Of a stretch of DNA of 64,000 nucleotides, positions 59,805-64,000 are shown piece after piece. The stretch covers positions 1,440,001 to 1,504,000 of the forward strand of contig OY775910.1 of assembly GCA_963675245.1 (NCBI GenBank), in the 5' to 3' direction. This DNA comes from Acholeplasmataceae bacterium. GTDB taxonomy: Bacteria > Bacillota_I > Bacilli_A > Acholeplasmatales > Acholeplasmataceae. The position numbers were made by a program, and so were the translations under genes. The stretch's first letter is position 1, and each line of letters opens with the position of its first letter. The notes beneath the pieces were generated by a model that was not told where the DNA came from, made no database searches, and worked only from the letters and a program-made list of their open reading frames with translations.

Positions 59805-61250
59805 TCATTCGCCTCCTAAATATGCTTCTTTAACAAAGTCATTATTTTGGATTTCCCTTGGTGTACCAATCGCTATCTTTTTACCAAAATTAATGGCACA
59901 TATCGTGTCACATATATTCATGACAAGTCCCATATCATGTTCAACTAAGAAAATAGTACAATTATAATCTTTTTGAATTTTTTTGATTGTCTCTGCAAGT
60001 TGAAGCGTTTCTGTATCATTTAATCCAGCAGCAGGTTCATCAAGAATAATGAGTTTAGGATTTGACATAAGTGTTCTAGCAAGTTCGATCTTCTTTAAGA
60101 CACCATAAGGCAAGCCAATTGGATATGCATCTTTGAAAGCAATCAAACCCAAATCTGTGAGTATTCCTTCAGCCTTGAGTGTTAGTATCTTTTCTTCTCG
60201 TTTAAACTTGAGTAATTGCAACGAGTGGTCAAAGAAGTTTGATCGATAGAGTGAATGAGCACCAACGAGCATATTATCTAAAATCGATAGTTCCCAAATT
60301 AATTCAACATTTTGAAAAGTTCTAACAATTCCAAGTTTAACAACATCATGAACTTTATAATTATTGAGTAAAAGTAAGTCATCAACGCTATTTCGATAGG
60401 TCACTTTACCAGCAGTTGGTTTATAGAACTGAGTGATACAATTGAAGACAGTTGTCTTGCCAGCACCATTAGGTCCAATGAGACCAAACACTTCACCTTT
60501 CTTAACGTCAAATGAAAGATCATCAACTGCTTTTAACCCGCCAAATTGCATCGTTAGATTTTCTATTTTTAAAATCGTATTAGGATCCATATTAACGTTA
60601 TTAATATTTGCTTGATTAATTTCGTTAATGAGTGGATTGAGAACTTGTGTCTTCTTCTCTAGTTGATGTCCATAATGTTTAATTCTTTCATCTAACTTTG
60701 CCACTTCATGTGCTAGGAGTTCATCTTGCGATGACTTTAACTCTTTTTGATAGTTCCGAAGTTTTTCATTAAATGTTTGTTCAAGTGATATAAATGCTTG
60801 CTGATGTTCTTCCAATGTCTTTTGATCATATTGTCTAGTCTTATATGGAGCAAGCAAAGCATCTCTACTTGCTATCAATGATTGTTCAATTTGTGAAAGC
60901 GTCTCTTTCAATTCATCTTCTTTAGTTTCCAAAGTTTCATGTGATTGATGCTTTCGATTAAATGATACAATCGCTGCACGTTTTTTCAAATTAAATTTTT
61001 CTTCCAATACTGTCATTTTATCACTTGTAAAATAAGCGATATAATCAGCATTTGAAAGTTGTTCAATTTCTTTTTCTCGTAAGTCTTTGATGAAAGGTTG
61101 TGAGAATTGATTGATTTGACGAGTAAATTGTTTTGCTAACTTATCTTTATAAATATCTTTTCTAGCTTTAGTGACTGCTATCTTGTATTGTAATTTACTG
61201 ACTTGCTGCTCAAGGAGTCGTTTTTGAAGTGTTTTAAATATCTTTGCCAT
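59805..61250 (-). CDS. Liv-type ABC ATP-binding protein (LivG-like) with long N-terminal coiled coil
   Basis: FGGLKAV, GPNGAGKTT, RTFQN, LPYG, LDEPAAG, VEHDM, AYLG in the C-terminal part. Confidence 0.9.
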   Translation of the reverse strand: MAKIFKTLQKRLLEQQVSKLQYKIAVTKARKDIYKDKLAKQFTRQINQFSQPFIKDLREKEIEQLSNADYIAYFTSDKMTVLEEKFNLKKRAAIVSFNRKHQSHETLETKEDELKETLSQIEQSLIASRDALLAPYKTRQYDQKTLEEHQQAFISLEQTFNEKLRNYQKELKSSQDELLAHEVAKLDERIKHYGHQLEKKTQVLNPLINEINQANINNVNMDPNTILKIENLTMQFGGLKAVDDLSFDVKKGEVFGLIGPNGAGKTTVFNCITQFYKPTAGKVTYRNSVDDLLLLNNYKVHDVVKLGIVRTFQNVELIWELSILDNMLVGAHSLYRSNFFDHSLQLLKFKREEKILTLKAEGILTDLGLIAFKDAYPIGLPYGVLKKIELARTLMSNPKLIILDEPAAGLNDTETLQLAETIKKIQKDYNCTIFLVEHDMGLVMNICDTICAINFGKKIAIGTPREIQNNDFVKEAYLGGE

Positions 61251-62322
61251 AGCGATACTCCTTCCATGCTGTCATTGATTTATTATACATTTTGACGGTA
61301 AAATTTTTGATGTCTGTAAATAAGCGAATCACACCACCAGGATAGAACATAACAACCAAAATAATGAGTGCTCCAGTAAAGATGAGATAAGCATTACTAT
61401 ATGTTTGGAAGAATGCTATTCTTGATAAGACCAAATCTTTTAAACCAAAGACAATGAACGTACCAATTAATAAACCCCAAATGTTCTTTGTTCCACCTAT
61501 CACAACAGCTGCCAAAACATTAAGTGACAAATCGATACCCCAATTTGAAGGATATGATGTTAATGATCTAATCATTTGTAACATACCACCCATTACGGCA
61601 AATAAGGTTGCTAACAAAAATGCTGTTAATCGATATCTAATAATACTAATACCCATCGCTTGTGCAGCTGATGTAGAATTTTTAATTGATAGTAATGCTC
61701 TACCAGTTGGACTCTTAATAATATTCAACGTCCAGATCATTAGTATGACCATAAATCCAACAATAATATAAAACATCGCATTATATGCAATACTATTTGA
61801 ACTGAATATACCAAAGAATGTCATTCCCTCAGTAATGTTCATACCCGTTGCTCCACCAGTGAATGCTGCGTTCATAAACAGATTTCTGAGAATTTCAGAT
61901 AAACCTAATGTCACAATTGCTAAGTACATACCTTCGATTCGAAGTGAAATGACACCAACAATAGCACCTAGACCAATCGAAACTGCCATACCAATGACAA
62001 ATCCTAATTCAGCACTCATACCTAATGATTGAACTAAATATCCGATGAGATAAGCACCTAAACCCATAAATCCTGCTGTACCTAATGATGCTAACCCACC
62101 ATATCCTAAAAGTAATAAGAATCCTAGAGATACAATATATCTGATCAAGACAGGCGATAAGAAATTAAGGACAGATGGTCTAATCAAACCTGTTGATCCA
62201 ATTAATTCTAATAAGATTAACGCAAATCCTAAAATCAGAATTGGGAAATAAGGATGATTAATATATGATTTAATTCTAATCTGACGATTGCTTTTAGTTG
62301 TTTTATCGTATTTTAATTTCAT
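61234..62322 (-). CDS. Liv-type ABC permease (LivM-like)
   Basis: G.GG.ASLG, LRIEG.YLAIVTL, TGG..G, GRAL..I…AA.AMGI, P.G. Confidence 0.9.
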   Translation of the reverse strand: MKLKYDKTTKSNRQIRIKSYINHPYFPILILGFALILLELIGSTGLIRPSVLNFLSPVLIRYIVSLGFLLLLGYGGLASLGTAGFMGLGAYLIGYLVQSLGMSAELGFVIGMAVSIGLGAIVGVISLRIEGMYLAIVTLGLSEILRNLFMNAAFTGGATGMNITEGMTFFGIFSSNSIAYNAMFYIIVGFMVILMIWTLNIIKSPTGRALLSIKNSTSAAQAMGISIIRYRLTAFLLATLFAVMGGMLQMIRSLTSYPSNWGIDLSLNVLAAVVIGGTKNIWGLLIGTFIVFGLKDLVLSRIAFFQTYSNAYLIFTGALIILVVMFYPGGVIRLFTDIKNFTVKMYNKSMTAWKEYRYGKDI

Positions 62323-62324
62323 GT

Positions 62325-63284
62325 CTACACCTTCTTCGCAATCTTTTTCCCAAAAATACCAATCGGCTTAATGAGAATAATAATAAGTATGATGATATAG
62401 ACAAATACCTTGTAATATACACCTAAATTAGGAATACCTAATTGGAAATTATTTGTCACATAATATGATATCTGCGTCAATACAGGAATGATAATTGCGC
62501 CAATAACTGGACCAAAGAAAGTCGAGAATCCACCTAAAATAGCGGCTAAAAATCCGTTAACTTGCATTTCAGTCATAAAGGCAACATTCACAGTTAAATT
62601 GTAACTCGCATATATAATCGCACCTAATGTTGCAAGTCCACCAGCAATTCCCCAACTCATCGCAGTGATGAATTTCGTATTAACGCCTAACATGCTTGCT
62701 ACTTTTTCATTAGCTGCGGTTGATCTTACACCTAAACCCCATTTGGTTTTCTTAAGCAAAATAAACACTGTACCAATTACAAGTGTCGCAATTAAAATCG
62801 CATAAATTTGATTATATCTAAGCACAATATTTCCAAAACCTGTTTCAATAATAGAAACTTCTGTAAAGAATCTAGGTATAGAAGGCATATTTTGATCGTA
62901 TCTAAAGAATATCGTAGGTAAAACACCCATAATCACTAAGACGATACCCATAGTAATCATCTGTTTGGTTAAAGGCGTACTGAATTTAGATTTCCTAATA
63001 AGTATCGTATCAATAAATACACCAAGCAAAAAGCCAACAACTATACCTGATAAAAACGCGATAATCGTCAGAAAAATAGGATTGCTGTTTGGAAATATTT
63101 GAACCAAAAATGCTGAATAAAATATTGTAACAACATAAGCACCAGTCGTTGCAATCATCCCTTGCGCGAAATTTGTCGTAAACGATGTTCTAAAAATTAA
63201 AACAATCGCGAACGTGACCAGCGCTAAAGGTGCTGCATCAGCTAAAGCCAATAATAATCTGTTAATTATTTCTGCTAAAATCAT
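62325..63284 (-). CDS. Liv-type ABC permease (LivH-like)
   Basis: NFAQG, TKWGL..R..A.N…A..LGV, AAILGG, KP.GIFG. Confidence 0.9.
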   Translation of the reverse strand: MILAEIINRLLLALADAAPLALVTFAIVLIFRTSFTTNFAQGMIATTGAYVVTIFYSAFLVQIFPNSNPIFLTIIAFLSGIVVGFLLGVFIDTILIRKSKFSTPLTKQMITMGIVLVIMGVLPTIFFRYDQNMPSIPRFFTEVSIIETGFGNIVLRYNQIYAILIATLVIGTVFILLKKTKWGLGVRSTAANEKVASMLGVNTKFITAMSWGIAGGLATLGAIIYASYNLTVNVAFMTEMQVNGFLAAILGGFSTFFGPVIGAIIIPVLTQISYYVTNNFQLGIPNLGVYYKVFVYIIILIIILIKPIGIFGKKIAKKV

Positions 63285-63289
63285 AAAAC

Positions 63290-64000
63290 CTAACTACCCC
63301 ATTTAATAATATTAGCAGCCCAAACATATCCAATACCAGCAGCCAGCATGCACACAACAGTGCCATCCTTTACCTGTCCGGTTTGTAATGCAAGGTGTAA
63401 TGATAATATTTGATCTATTTGACCAATGTGACCATAGTTTTCCAAATAAATCGATTGGTCTTCAGATAACCCTAGTTCAGCTAACACTGCTAAATGGCCA
63501 CTACGTTTCATGTGTAAAATATCTAAGAATCCGATATCTTCACGTTTTAAATTTGATTTTCTAAGTGATTCGTCAATGCATTTATACCAATTATTCATAG
63601 AAACTGCATTTAAACGATCTTTCATTTTTTGTGCATCCATTAAACGTAAGGAATGTGATGCTTCTTCAACATTTTCTTTAGTCAATGGATGACATTGACC
63701 ACCAAGTTCAACACCTGCTGTTCTAGCAAGTGAACCATCGCCAATCATATGAGATCCTAGCAGTAGATTTTTACCATAATTCTTTTGAAGAATGATGGCG
63801 CCACCTCCTGCACCCAAATCATACATCATAGACATACTCTTATCAGCATAGTCCACAAAATCGCCATTACGATAACCACCAACAACCATGACGACATGTA
63901 CTTCATCATCTGCGATGAGCATGTCTTTCGCCATTTTCAGTGCTGATACAGTGGTACAGCAACGGTTTTGCACATCTATACCCCAAGCATTAACCGCACC
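63290..64000 (-). CDS. 3-oxoacyl-ACP synthase III-like condensing enzyme (5' end outside window)
   Basis: Frame open to the edge (GAVNAWGIDVQNRC…); thiolase-fold Cys in NRCC, G.GGGA, LH, YGHIG, AAGIGY.W. Confidence 0.85.
   Translation of the reverse strand, partial: GAVNAWGIDVQNRCCTTVSALKMAKDMLIADDEVHVVMVVGGYRNGDFVDYADKSMSMMYDLGAGGGAIILQKNYGKNLLLGSHMIGDGSLARTAGVELGGQCHPLTKENVEEASHSLRLMDAQKMKDRLNAVSMNNWYKCIDESLRKSNLKREDIGFLDILHMKRSGHLAVLAELGLSEDQSIYLENYGHIGQIDQILSLHLALQTGQVKDGTVVCMLAAGIGYVWAANIIKWGS

Noticed and set aside
936..63692. Many 60-160 aa ORFs antisense to or nested in recognised genes (e.g. 6878-7186, 9704-9976, 20716-21012, 42847-43158, 43823-44167, 44713-45189, 61454-61771)
   Set aside because: Shadow frames of well-supported genes, with no RBS or motifs
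1..64000. CRISPR arrays, tRNA/rRNA genes, anti-phage defence or toxin-antitoxin loci
   Set aside because: No regularly spaced repeats, cloverleaf or rRNA signatures, or such protein motifs seen; intergenic gaps are mostly too short

Overview
AT-rich bacterial chromosome segment in the standard genetic code (TGA is a stop, e.g. plsC and the transposase). Gene content and synteny (class B RNase P RNA, T-box, TPP riboswitch, recU, rnhC, mutS2, xerD-deoB, lipoproteins, no cell-wall genes) point to a Firmicutes-derived, probably Acholeplasmataceae-like Mollicute. This is inference; no database searches were run and all product calls rest on recognised motifs and synteny. Bases 1-52 kb are mostly housekeeping genes on the + strand: nucleoside salvage, thyA-folA-plsC, apt-rel-dtd, hisS-aspS, truB-ribF-rpsO-pnp-rnpB, three CNNM transporters and lepA-hemW-xerD-deoB, plus one intact IS30-family element. 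After about 52.2 kb every gene is on the - strand. A near-consensus 28-bp dif site at 54095-54122 lies close to this switch, so the window probably spans the replication terminus. Beside dif is a gene-free stretch with two degenerate dif-like copies, a long hairpin and a decayed ORF, possibly a relic Xer-integrated element. The right end is a FabH-like / Liv-type ABC / CoA-transferase / hydrolase operon. The best leads are: (1) a RimL-type acetyltransferase placed first in a T-box-controlled hisS-aspS operon, with an unusually short T-box Stem I; (2) an unannotated acidic uORF crossing a terminator and coupled to a CNNM Mg2+ transporter pair; (3) the dif relic region; (4) the KAS-III-like/ABC operon.
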